Assembly: GCA_964429005.1 (NCBI GenBank)
Contig: CAYSAJ010000001.1
Location: 94,249 to 158,248 of the forward strand
Origin: an uncultured bacterium
GTDB lineage: Bacteria > Chlamydiota > Chlamydiia > Chlamydiales > JACRBE01
Reading direction: 5' to 3'
Length of the DNA: 64,000 nt
The notes under the pieces are model-generated. The model saw nothing but the letters and a program-made list of their open reading frames with translations, was not told the origin of the DNA and made no database searches. Shown piece by piece: positions 26,877 through 38,529 of this stretch. Position 1 is the stretch's first letter, and each line of letters starts with the position of its first letter. Position numbers and translations under genes: made by a program.

Positions 26877-29327
26877 TTATTCCTCTTTATCCATTTTTTC
26901 GATTTTTTGAATACCTACTAAGATATCTCCATCTGAAAGCTGTACAAGGCGCACTCCTTGAGTGGAGCGTCCCATAACTCTTACATCTTTCATAGAGGTT
27001 CTTAAGGTTTGGCCATGGCTCGACATCATAAGCACTCCATCTTCATCACTGATAGAGAGAGCTCCTACAACATTACCATTTCTTGAGTTTGTGATAATAG
27101 AGATAACACCCACCCCGCCTCGATTGGTTTGTCTGAAATCAGAGACTTGAGAGCGTTTACCATAACCATTTTCACAAACGATGAGAACTGTATCTGTTTC
27201 TTTGACCGATTCACAAGATACAACAGCATCTGTAGAGTCTTTAAGGCGCACCCCACGAACTCCACGGGCAGTTCTTCCCATCTCACGGACAGCTTCATTA
27301 TCAAAGCGTACAGCCATCCCTTTTTTGGTAAAGAGCATGATTTGATCATCTTCTTTGACAAGACGTGCAGCAATCACCTCATCTCCTTCATCGATCGTGA
27401 TCGCATAAACCCCTTTCTTACGAGGAGAGCTATAAGCAACTAGGTCAGTTTTCTTAATGACACCATTTCTCGTAGCAAAAAGGATGGAAGCTTTCATTTC
27501 GAAGTCTTTTACATTAAGGACAGCAGCGACTTTCTCATCTTTGCTAATACCTTCTAGTAAGTTGACTAGGGCTTTACCTTTTGCTTTGCGACCCGCTTCG
27601 GGGATTTGCCATACTTTAAGCCAATAGCAACGTCCAAAGCTTGTGAATACAAGAAGATGCTCATGAGTTGAGGCTGTGTAGACATCTTTAATCGCATCAT
27701 TTTCTTTTTTCATATCAAAACCAATAACCCCTTGCCCCCCTCTTCTTTGTTCTTTGAAGGTAGAAACAGGCATGCGTTTGATATAATCATCTGAAGAGAT
27801 GGTGATAATGACAGTCTCATCAGGAATGAGGTCTTCCATCTCAAGCTCTCCTTCTGCTGCAATAATCTTCGTTTTGCGAGGAGTTTTGTCTTGTTTTTTG
27901 ATCTCATCGAGCTCTTCGATGATGATGTCCCGAACAAGTCTTTCATCAGCAAGGATCGCTTTGTATTGCTTAATTTTTTCAAGAAGCTCGTTGTACTCAT
28001 CTTCAACTTTGCCTCTTTCCATAGAAGTAAGTTGGTAAAGGCGAAGCTCAAGGACAGCGTCAGCTTGCTTATCTGAGAAGCTATAGCGACTCATAAGCTG
28101 ATCTTTAGCTTCTTTTCGATCGCTACTGGCTCGAATGAGTTTTACAATTTCATCCAAGTGGTCTAGTGCTTTGAGATACCCCTCTAAGATGTGAGCTCTC
28201 GCTTCTGCTTTTTTCAGTTCGAAACGAGTTCTTCTCTGGATCACTTCGATACGGTGATCGATCCAACCGAGGATCATCTGGCGGATGTTCATCGTACGGG
28301 GAAGACCGTTGTCAAGAGCTAGCATGATACAACCAAAGGTTGTTTGGAGCTCAGTAAACTTATAAAGCTGGTTAATCGTTACATCAGGGATCTCCCCTCT
28401 CTTTAAATCGAGAACAATGCGAAGACCTTCTTTATCCGTTTCATCGCGGATATCAGAAACCCCGTTCATCACTTTTTCGTTGATCAAATCAGCAATTTTC
28501 TTAATGAGAACTGCTTTGTTCACGTTATAGGGAAGTTCATCAATAACGAGTCTTTGACGATCTGTTTGTTTATTGTCCTCTACATGAAGGAGGCCTCGGA
28601 GCATCAACTTTCCTCTTCCTGTATGGTAGGCCTCTTTGATTCCTCTATAACCACAGATCACACCGCCTGTAGGAAAATCGGGGGCAGGCATGACTTGCAT
28701 TACATCATCCACTGTTGCTTTTGGATTATTAATGAGAAGTTTTGTTGCATCAATGAGTTCCCCGAGATTATGAGGAGGAATGTTTGTCGCCATACCTACA
28801 GCAATTCCCGAAGAACCATTCGATAGAAGGTTAGGGAACTTCGAAGGAAAGACATTAGGCTCTTTCTTTGTTTCGTCGTAGTTAGGAGAATAATCGACTG
28901 TTTCTTTCTCAAGATCTTCCATGAGGGAGATCGCAGAAGCTGTCAGTCTTGCCTCCGTATAACGCATAGCAGCTGGGGGGTCACCATCTACTGATCCAAA
29001 GTTACCTTGTCCTTGGATTAATGGATAACGCATTACCCACTCTTGCGCAAGGCGCACAAGTGTTGGATAAATGACTGTTTCACCATGAGGGTGATAATCT
29101 CCGGAGGTGTCTCCGCAGATTTTAGCACATTTACGATGCTTAGCGCCGGGTGTTAGGTTCAGCTGGCGCATAGCAAATAATATTCTTCGCTGTGAAGGCT
29201 TAAGACCGTCACGTAGATCAGGTAGGGCTCTGGAGATGATGACCGACATCGAATAGCGCAAGTAGCTCTCTTTGAGCTCATCTTCTACGTTACGATGTTG
29301 TACAATTTCCCCTTCGGTATATGACAT
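26877..29327 (-). CDS. gyrA: DNA gyrase subunit A
   Basis: QRDR GDTSGDYHPHGE, active-site region AAMRYTEARL, and a C-terminal beta-pinwheel repeat region. Confidence 0.95.
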   Translation of the reverse strand: MSYTEGEIVQHRNVEDELKESYLRYSMSVIISRALPDLRDGLKPSQRRILFAMRQLNLTPGAKHRKCAKICGDTSGDYHPHGETVIYPTLVRLAQEWVMRYPLIQGQGNFGSVDGDPPAAMRYTEARLTASAISLMEDLEKETVDYSPNYDETKKEPNVFPSKFPNLLSNGSSGIAVGMATNIPPHNLGELIDATKLLINNPKATVDDVMQVMPAPDFPTGGVICGYRGIKEAYHTGRGKLMLRGLLHVEDNKQTDRQRLVIDELPYNVNKAVLIKKIADLINEKVMNGVSDIRDETDKEGLRIVLDLKRGEIPDVTINQLYKFTELQTTFGCIMLALDNGLPRTMNIRQMILGWIDHRIEVIQRRTRFELKKAEARAHILEGYLKALDHLDEIVKLIRASSDRKEAKDQLMSRYSFSDKQADAVLELRLYQLTSMERGKVEDEYNELLEKIKQYKAILADERLVRDIIIEELDEIKKQDKTPRKTKIIAAEGELEMEDLIPDETVIITISSDDYIKRMPVSTFKEQRRGGQGVIGFDMKKENDAIKDVYTASTHEHLLVFTSFGRCYWLKVWQIPEAGRKAKGKALVNLLEGISKDEKVAAVLNVKDFEMKASILFATRNGVIKKTDLVAYSSPRKKGVYAITIDEGDEVIAARLVKEDDQIMLFTKKGMAVRFDNEAVREMGRTARGVRGVRLKDSTDAVVSCESVKETDTVLIVCENGYGKRSQVSDFRQTNRGGVGVISIITNSRNGNVVGALSISDEDGVLMMSSHGQTLRTSMKDVRVMGRSTQGVRLVQLSDGDILVGIQKIEKMDKEE

Positions 29328-29342
29328 GGGTAAACCTCTTCA

Positions 29343-31832
<2,490 letters not shown>

Positions 31833-31865
31833 TCACTCTCATAATTTGATAAAAAGCAAAATCTA

Positions 31866-32306
31866 TCATACACCGATGTGAAATACAATATTTTCAATCG
31901 GGATATGGGGAAGACTTTCCTTCAGTTTTTTCAGCAACATCTCTTTTTGCTGATTCTTCAGTATACTATAAAGAGACGAATTTTTCACCTGTACAAACAG
32001 GGTTTTATTTTTAAAATCGACAGGGGTCGCCATGGGAGCTAGTTTACTCCCCATAAGCTCGTTCCACTTATCAAAAATAGGATCTCTTTTTTGGTCCATT
32101 CCTTTGAATAAATGTTCAGCAAGCTCGGGGAGAAGATGTTTGATTTCTCTTCCGGTGGGGCGGGTTCCATCATAATTTCTGGGAATACGTTTGAACTTCT
32201 CTTTCATAGCACTGCATGGGCATAAGGCCCAATGCGCACTATAGCTCTGACACTTTAAAATTGCAACGTCAATAGTTGATGGCAAAGAATAGCTTCTGCA
32301 AATCAC
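31866..32306 (-). CDS. DUF721 (DciA-like) protein
   Basis: It sits directly upstream of gyrB, as DUF721 genes do in many bacteria. The core is W..LMGSKLAPMATPVDFKNKTLFVQVKNSSLYSIL. The start is ambiguous (GTG 32306 or ATG 32207). Confidence 0.55.
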   Translation of the reverse strand: MICRSYSLPSTIDVAILKCQSYSAHWALCPCSAMKEKFKRIPRNYDGTRPTGREIKHLLPELAEHLFKGMDQKRDPIFDKWNELMGSKLAPMATPVDFKNKTLFVQVKNSSLYSILKNQQKEMLLKKLKESLPHIPIENIVFHIGV

Positions 32307-32400
32307 TTAATTGTTAAATCTAAAAAAATCTCTTAAATAGAAAAAATCAAACTAACTTGATTAAAATTCTATCATTTAAATTACAACTTGTGAAATTTTT

Positions 32401-32982
32401 ATGAAAAAACTCATTTGCTTCATTTCGATTGCTCTTTCTTCTCTTGCTTCAGCCGATTCTTCATTTAATTCGTCATACCATATGCCTTTAAAACACTCCG
32501 AAGCTGCCTCGAAACTAGATGAGAGTTTTTATCACCCTTATTTTGGAGCAGGGTTTTCGACGTTTGTTTTCCTTCCTTATGGAGGAAATTTCAGCATTGG
32601 AACAAGATCGGCAGCACCTAACATGCCTGTAGGTGTTGATATTTCAGCGAACTACACAGCAACTTTCGCCAGCCAGTACTACTTCATTAAAGGAATGCTT
32701 CCCGTATACCTAAACAGAAGCACTCCCCTTGAATCCTACTATATGGGCCCCTATCTTTGCTTCGGGTATAACCATATCTCTGAATTTCTAGGGCCCAATT
32801 CCATTGATTTTAACTCAGGCCCCCTACTGATCAATGGCATGGCTTTTGGCAAAAACTTTCTTGTCGAAGAAAGAATGAACTTTTGGCAAGTCAGCGCCAA
32901 TTTTGCACGGTTAGAAGGCGGCTCCTCACTCAAATGGGAAAGCTGGCCTACCTTTACTTTTCAATACGGACTTGGGTTCTAA
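32401..32982 (+). CDS. Putative small beta-barrel outer membrane protein
   Basis: Signal peptide MKKLICFISIALSSLASA; alternating aromatic/hydrophobic strands; C-terminal ...TFTFQYGLGF ending in Phe. Confidence 0.55.
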   Translation: MKKLICFISIALSSLASADSSFNSSYHMPLKHSEAASKLDESFYHPYFGAGFSTFVFLPYGGNFSIGTRSAAPNMPVGVDISANYTATFASQYYFIKGMLPVYLNRSTPLESYYMGPYLCFGYNHISEFLGPNSIDFNSGPLLINGMAFGKNFLVEERMNFWQVSANFARLEGGSSLKWESWPTFTFQYGLGF

Positions 32983-33100
32983 AAATTTATTGAAAATTTT
33001 AGGCGAAAAAAAGACTTACCAACTCAAGCTTTAATTTCTTTTTACAAGCTTTTTATTTACTGAAGTTTGTGCTATTTTAGTCACAAAAATCAGAGATATC

Positions 33101-35911
33101 ATGGATTGCTCCACTGCTTTCAAAATTTCATTACACCCTTCTCATGGTCCTTCTTCAGCGGCTGCCGCTGAAGCTGGGCTTAGAAAAGCAGCTACAAGTG
33201 ACTCTCTTTTAGCCAGAACTTCGAGCGCCGTTGAAGGCTCGTTGATGGCGGGCTTACTAGATTCCCCTCCTTGCAGCTATAGACCACCTGCCGCATCAGA
33301 CGCTTCTACAGAAGGGTCTGTCAGCCCCTTGAAAGGGAGGATCTCTGCGCTTTCACTCACTCCAAGCACTCCGATTAGCATGATCGCTAGAGAGGGAGGG
33401 CCTTCCCCACTACCTTTCTCAGGGGCTGTAGATTTGGCGCCCTTGCACCCGGAGCCCTCTTCAGAGCTTATCTCCCTAATAAGATCCTTTTCTTCAATAG
33501 AAGGAGAATTCTCTCTTTTTTTAGGGCTATTTTTTCTCCTAATTAGCCAGCTTAGCCCTGCAGAAGATGCTCATTTTGCTCTTCATCAACGCTTTGCAAG
33601 ACTCATGCTCCTATCTGGAAGTGAGGAGGAAAAGAAGGCAATCTTTGAAAGCTTCTTTAGAGATGCAAGCCCTATACTTAATCCTATTTTAGAGCGAGAC
33701 GGTATTCAGCCGATCACCCATGAACTTTCTCTCGAACTGAGTCATTTGCTTGTTAAGTACCCCTTAATGAGCATTAAGAAACTCATAGCCCGTAAAGACT
33801 TTTCAAAAATGGCCGAGTTTCAGCGATCTCCTGCTTTGCTCCATGCGGCAGAGAGATTTTTAATTCTGTTTTATCTCAAAATATTTCTTTTGCATTTACT
33901 GTCTAATGCAAAAGAATTCATGAAATATCATGAGCTATGTGGATCATCTCTTTCTTCCTTTCCAGAAATCATAGCGAGGTCGAGAAAATCTTCCGCCTAT
34001 TCTTCATGGATCATGCAAATTATTTCTAAATTTTCTGAGCCCTATCCAAATTCTTTACTAAGAAATATTTCTCATACCTTATGTGGCCAAGACTCTGTTA
34101 TGGACATCCTTTCAATACGAAAAAGATATGTAAACGGAATGATAACCCAGGAAGAAACATTAGCCGCGCTCATGCCTCATTCATCACTCCTTTTGGATCA
34201 TACCGATGACTCACTTGTTGGATTCTCAAGCATGCTCGAAAAAATTCGTGAAGGTCTTTTTTGTTTCGCTGCTATTATCTCCTTTCCCTATGTGCTACGA
34301 GAAAAATCGAATCATTTGACAACGATGGAAGTAGAAAAAGCTGCCACTGCATTTATTACCGGGAAATTAGACTCTATTGATTTACCTCCCCTGCCAAAAG
34401 AAATCTATCTCTATTACCAGCAGCAAAAAGGTCTCCTACGACTTGGAGAAATACTTGCGCTTCATCTTCGATCAGGCTGCAAGGCGGGAGATGGGCTCCG
34501 GCAAATTGCAAGAACATTATTGACACCGCCCAAATCTCCATCACCTACAAAAAGGAGAGTGCTTCCGAAACCTGTCTCTGGAATGAAAACGACAGCCGCT
34601 GCTGCTGCGACAGAAGAGGAAGCGGCCCCACCTGAAATTGCACATCCAGCATACTATTCATCTTTACATCAATTTTTCCTGAGCCCTATTTCATTCTCGA
34701 GTTTAAAAGCGTTTGGATCTGCTGAGGCTTTACAAATTTCACTCAGCTACGCTCAAGCTCTTTTTAAGCTTCATGAGTTATTTAGATTCTCACTTTCTCC
34801 TGTAGAAATTTCTCATTACTTGCTTGATGCAGGGCGCATGGGGTCTTTATGTCTTGAGCAGATCATTACAGCAAAAATGCTAGAAGATCATAAAGCCTCT
34901 TCAAGAAGCGATTTGGAAACTCTGATTGCAGATTGTGGTCATGAGTCTAAACATCGAATCGCAAAAACCGATATTTTATCTAGACTTAACCCCTTCCAGC
35001 AAAGCACAATCAGAGAAATCCTTAACGTTTACTCTCAACTTGAATATGGGATCAGAGCTCTTCCCGAAGTGGATCCAAGACAACCTGATCTAACCTTATG
35101 GGTGGCTTTGAATGAAGGCAAAAGCGATCTAAATCTTTCCAAAATTGCTTCTGACGTGCAAAAGAGGATCAAAGACACCTTAATGGCTTTTTTTCACATA
35201 GCCATGACAATCCCTGCAGTAGCAACCTCTATCGACGCCGATCTTTTCTTTACATGGTCGGCGCAAAAAAGTGAGCCTTTAGAAAGTCCTTTTATGAAAG
35301 CAGAAAATCCTCTACCAGCACCGATTGAAGATAGTTTTATTGTATTGGCACAAATCATTCATGAACTTGAGAAGTCTTCTCATAAAAAAGCCCTCTCATT
35401 TAATTCTTTTCTGCGACATAAAGCTCAGCGAATAGGTCACAGTATAAGTCACATTGCGGTTCCTGAATTAAGGGACTTCATGCAAGGTCAAACCAAACTT
35501 CTTTTGCTAGAAATTTTAGAAAAAGCTCTTAAAGAATCCTCTTGGGAAGCTGAGTCTGCTTCAGCCGCAGGCCCTGCACCCGCTCACCAACTCGACCTGT
35601 ATGCTCTTGAACTCGACATAAGAGACCTCACAGCAGAAGAACTGGGGTTCCTACGAAGTGCGAAAGGACGCAGAAACAACGCACGCTACACAGAAATGGC
35701 GACATCTGTAAGAGTCTTCGAACCCAAAAAGCCAAAAGGATTCTCTTTAGCTTGTGCAGGTGCAGGATCAGAAGGAGAAGCGCTAAGCGATGAGAAATTT
35801 TACGCTGTCAAAACAACTCGCCTACTTGATGCTGAAAAGTCTCTTGCTCAAGAAATGCCCCTCATGTGCTCTACTTTGAAAAAAGCCCTCAAGAAGAGGG
35901 GTTGGATTTGA
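33101..35911 (+). CDS. Large orphan protein (936 aa) with a disordered Ser/Ala/Pro-rich N-terminus; candidate secreted effector
   Basis: An uninterrupted 2.8-kb ORF. The first ~130 aa are low complexity (SSAAAAEAG..., PPAASDAS...). It has an internal Ala-run (TTAAAAATEEEAAPPE). No TM helix or motif is recognised. Confidence 0.75.
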   Translation: MDCSTAFKISLHPSHGPSSAAAAEAGLRKAATSDSLLARTSSAVEGSLMAGLLDSPPCSYRPPAASDASTEGSVSPLKGRISALSLTPSTPISMIAREGGPSPLPFSGAVDLAPLHPEPSSELISLIRSFSSIEGEFSLFLGLFFLLISQLSPAEDAHFALHQRFARLMLLSGSEEEKKAIFESFFRDASPILNPILERDGIQPITHELSLELSHLLVKYPLMSIKKLIARKDFSKMAEFQRSPALLHAAERFLILFYLKIFLLHLLSNAKEFMKYHELCGSSLSSFPEIIARSRKSSAYSSWIMQIISKFSEPYPNSLLRNISHTLCGQDSVMDILSIRKRYVNGMITQEETLAALMPHSSLLLDHTDDSLVGFSSMLEKIREGLFCFAAIISFPYVLREKSNHLTTMEVEKAATAFITGKLDSIDLPPLPKEIYLYYQQQKGLLRLGEILALHLRSGCKAGDGLRQIARTLLTPPKSPSPTKRRVLPKPVSGMKTTAAAAATEEEAAPPEIAHPAYYSSLHQFFLSPISFSSLKAFGSAEALQISLSYAQALFKLHELFRFSLSPVEISHYLLDAGRMGSLCLEQIITAKMLEDHKASSRSDLETLIADCGHESKHRIAKTDILSRLNPFQQSTIREILNVYSQLEYGIRALPEVDPRQPDLTLWVALNEGKSDLNLSKIASDVQKRIKDTLMAFFHIAMTIPAVATSIDADLFFTWSAQKSEPLESPFMKAENPLPAPIEDSFIVLAQIIHELEKSSHKKALSFNSFLRHKAQRIGHSISHIAVPELRDFMQGQTKLLLLEILEKALKESSWEAESASAAGPAPAHQLDLYALELDIRDLTAEELGFLRSAKGRRNNARYTEMATSVRVFEPKKPKGFSLACAGAGSEGEALSDEKFYAVKTTRLLDAEKSLAQEMPLMCSTLKKALKKRGWI

Positions 35912-36019
35912 AAATTCAAATCAATTTTTGAATAAAAATTTTCCTCAGTAACGATTTACCTCGATTTTTGAAGGAAGAACCTTCATACTATAGCAAAAAA
36001 TTCACCCTGAAAATTGTAT

Positions 36020-37834
36020 ATGAGAGACCCCCAAAAAATCCGTAATATTGCCATTATTGCCCACATCGACCATGGCAAAACCACCATGATTGATAGTTTG
36101 CTTGCACAAAGCAATATTTTTAGAGAAAACGAAGAAGTAGTAGAACGTGTAATGGATCATTTTGATCTTGAAAAAGAACGTGGCATCACCATTTTTGCTA
36201 AGCACACTGGCATCCTTTATAAGGATTTCGCTATCAACTTAATTGACACTCCAGGGCATGCCGACTTCTCTGCTGAAGTAGAGCGCGTTCTAGGAATGGT
36301 CAACTCCGTACTTCTCCTTGTTGACGCTCAAGAAGGCCCCATGCCTCAAACACGTTTTGTTCTTTCCCAGGCTCTCAAACAAGGGTTAAAACCGATCGTC
36401 GTGCTTAATAAAATCGACAGACCCCACGCTGCTCCCGATGAAGCTCTCAACAAAACCTTTGATCTCTTTGTCGAACTTGGCGCTAATGATGAACAACTTG
36501 ATTTTCCTTATTGCTACGCTTCAGGTCTAGGCGGATTTGCAATTCGCCATTTGAATGATGAAAGAAAAGACATGAATCCTCTTTTTGATCTCATTATTGA
36601 AAAAGTAGCTCCTCCTCCTGGAGATTTATCATTACCTTTCCTTATGCAAGTTGCTTCCTTGTCTTACAACGACTTTTTAGGACGACAAGCTACAGGTCGT
36701 GTACTTGAAGGTTCTGTGAAAGCAGGCGACACAATTACAAGAATCGACCACACAGGTCACCCTACAAAACACAAAATTGCGAAAGTAGAAGGTTATTTAG
36801 GAATACGCCGCATTGATCTCGACTCAGGTGGTGCAGGAGATATTATTTCGATTTCTGGAATTGAAGAAGTGATGATTGGAGACACTCTTTGCTCTTCAAA
36901 TCATATAAGACAGCTTCCACCCATTTCTCTTGGTGAACCTACTCTATCGGTTGACTTTTCTGTAAATGACAGCCCTTTTTGTGGAAAAGATGGAAAACAT
37001 GTGACGATGAACAAACTTCGAGACCGCCTTCTCAAAGAGAAGAAAGCAAACGTCTCTTTGCGCATTGAAGAATCAGAAGATGACGTTATTCGTGTTTATG
37101 GAAGAGGAGAGCTTCACCTTTCTGTTTTAATTGAAACAATGCGTCGTGAAGGCTACGAGTTTTCAATTGGAAAACCTAAAGTTGTAATCAAAGAAGAAAA
37201 CGGAGAAAAGCTTGAACCTTACGAAAGAACTCACGTTGAAGTTCCCGAAGCGTTTTCAGGTCCTGTTATTGAGGAGCTTTCGAAGAGAAAAGGAGAAATG
37301 AAAAACCTTTTCAAAAACGAGCACAACATCACGATGATAGAATTTATCATTCCTACACGCTCGCTCATGGGATACCGTAATGAATTCCTTAACGTAACTA
37401 AAGGAAAAGGAATTCTAACCTCCGTTTTTGACCACTTTGGCCCTTTCAAGGGAGAACTTCCTGGAAGAAAATATGGAGCGTTCATCAGCAACTCTCAAGA
37501 GAAGTCAACAGCTTATGCGATCTTTAACCTCCAAGAGCGTGGCGTGATCTTTATTGGCCCGGGCGTAGATGTCTATGAAGGAATGATCGTAGGACGCAAT
37601 AGCCGTGATAACGACCTTGTTGTCAACATCACAAGAGAAAAACATCTAACTAACGTTCGCGCTTCAGGCAGTGATGAAAACCTCATCTTGATCCCTCCAG
37701 AAACGATGGATCTTGAAAAGGCGATGCAGTTTATTGAAGATGATGAAATGATCGAAGTCACCCCTCATTTTGTTCGAATTCGAAAGGGGATCCTTAAAGA
37801 AACAGATCGCAAGCGTAGCCGCTCTAACGCTTAA
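36020..37834 (+). CDS. typA: Translational GTPase TypA/BipA
   Basis: G1 AIIAHIDHGKTT, G3 DTPGHADF, G4 NKIDR, and EF-G-like domains III/V plus the BipA C-terminal domain. The ATG is at 36020. Confidence 0.93.
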   Translation: MRDPQKIRNIAIIAHIDHGKTTMIDSLLAQSNIFRENEEVVERVMDHFDLEKERGITIFAKHTGILYKDFAINLIDTPGHADFSAEVERVLGMVNSVLLLVDAQEGPMPQTRFVLSQALKQGLKPIVVLNKIDRPHAAPDEALNKTFDLFVELGANDEQLDFPYCYASGLGGFAIRHLNDERKDMNPLFDLIIEKVAPPPGDLSLPFLMQVASLSYNDFLGRQATGRVLEGSVKAGDTITRIDHTGHPTKHKIAKVEGYLGIRRIDLDSGGAGDIISISGIEEVMIGDTLCSSNHIRQLPPISLGEPTLSVDFSVNDSPFCGKDGKHVTMNKLRDRLLKEKKANVSLRIEESEDDVIRVYGRGELHLSVLIETMRREGYEFSIGKPKVVIKEENGEKLEPYERTHVEVPEAFSGPVIEELSKRKGEMKNLFKNEHNITMIEFIIPTRSLMGYRNEFLNVTKGKGILTSVFDHFGPFKGELPGRKYGAFISNSQEKSTAYAIFNLQERGVIFIGPGVDVYEGMIVGRNSRDNDLVVNITREKHLTNVRASGSDENLILIPPETMDLEKAMQFIEDDEMIEVTPHFVRIRKGILKETDRKRSRSNA

Positions 37835-37846
37835 AAAATCTTCTCG

Positions 37847-37877
37847 AAGGCCATGTTAATCATGGCCTTTCTCTTTT
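37847..37877 (+). terminator. Rho-independent terminator of typA
   Basis: AAGGCCATG (37847-37855) pairs with CATGGCCTT (37861-37869), loop TTAAT, then TCTCTTTT. Confidence 0.65.
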
Positions 37878-37933
37878 AAAAATATTCTTTGCTGTGCTAC
37901 CTTTTCACCTTTATAATCACAAAAGGCACCTTT

Positions 37934-38485
37934 ATGGCAGCTCCTCTTACACACACATCCCCATTTAGCCCCAGAACCTCTGCTCTACTAGACGACGCTT
38001 CTAATCCGATCACTTATTCACTACAACTAGGAGCTATTAAAGTTTCTTTAACAGTTCCTCATTACACAATAGCTCGGGATGAGCTTCCTCCTACGACAGA
38101 ATTTGAAGCTGCTTTTCTTGAATGTTTAAGCACACTCACTAGAATTGTTTTGAATAATCTCATTTTACCTGGAGCTATTAAAGAAGTTTCTACTGGAGCA
38201 TCGGGAAGGGGGGCTGGATCAGTCACTGACAAGACGGACAAGCTATGGAAAGAGTCTCTAGCGCTTATTGATCAATTCGAGACAGGCGTGGAACGATGTA
38301 AAGTTCTTGCTGAGAGGCAGTTTGAAGCATATAAAGCACATCTCTCTTCAAAAACAACCGATGATGACAATCCTCATAGGGAGCAAGCAATGTGGTCTAG
38401 GGCTCTTTTGACAATTACTGGGCTTTCTTCGATTTTTGCCCTGGTTGATGAAAAATTGGGGCTATTGTTATTTCTCAAAATCTAA
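37934..38485 (+). CDS. Orphan protein (183 aa) with a C-terminal hydrophobic anchor, upstream partner of the ANK-SET gene
   Basis: The ATG at 37934 (MAAPLTHTSPF...) is preferred over the tracked TTG. The C-terminal segment is ALLTITGLSSIFALV...LGLLLFLKI. It lies 44 nt upstream of the next gene. Confidence 0.6.
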   Translation: MAAPLTHTSPFSPRTSALLDDASNPITYSLQLGAIKVSLTVPHYTIARDELPPTTEFEAAFLECLSTLTRIVLNNLILPGAIKEVSTGASGRGAGSVTDKTDKLWKESLALIDQFETGVERCKVLAERQFEAYKAHLSSKTTDDDNPHREQAMWSRALLTITGLSSIFALVDEKLGLLLFLKI

Positions 38486-38529
38486 CGACTCTGTATACTC
38501 TTTAGCCTTAATTAAATAAAGAGTTTACC

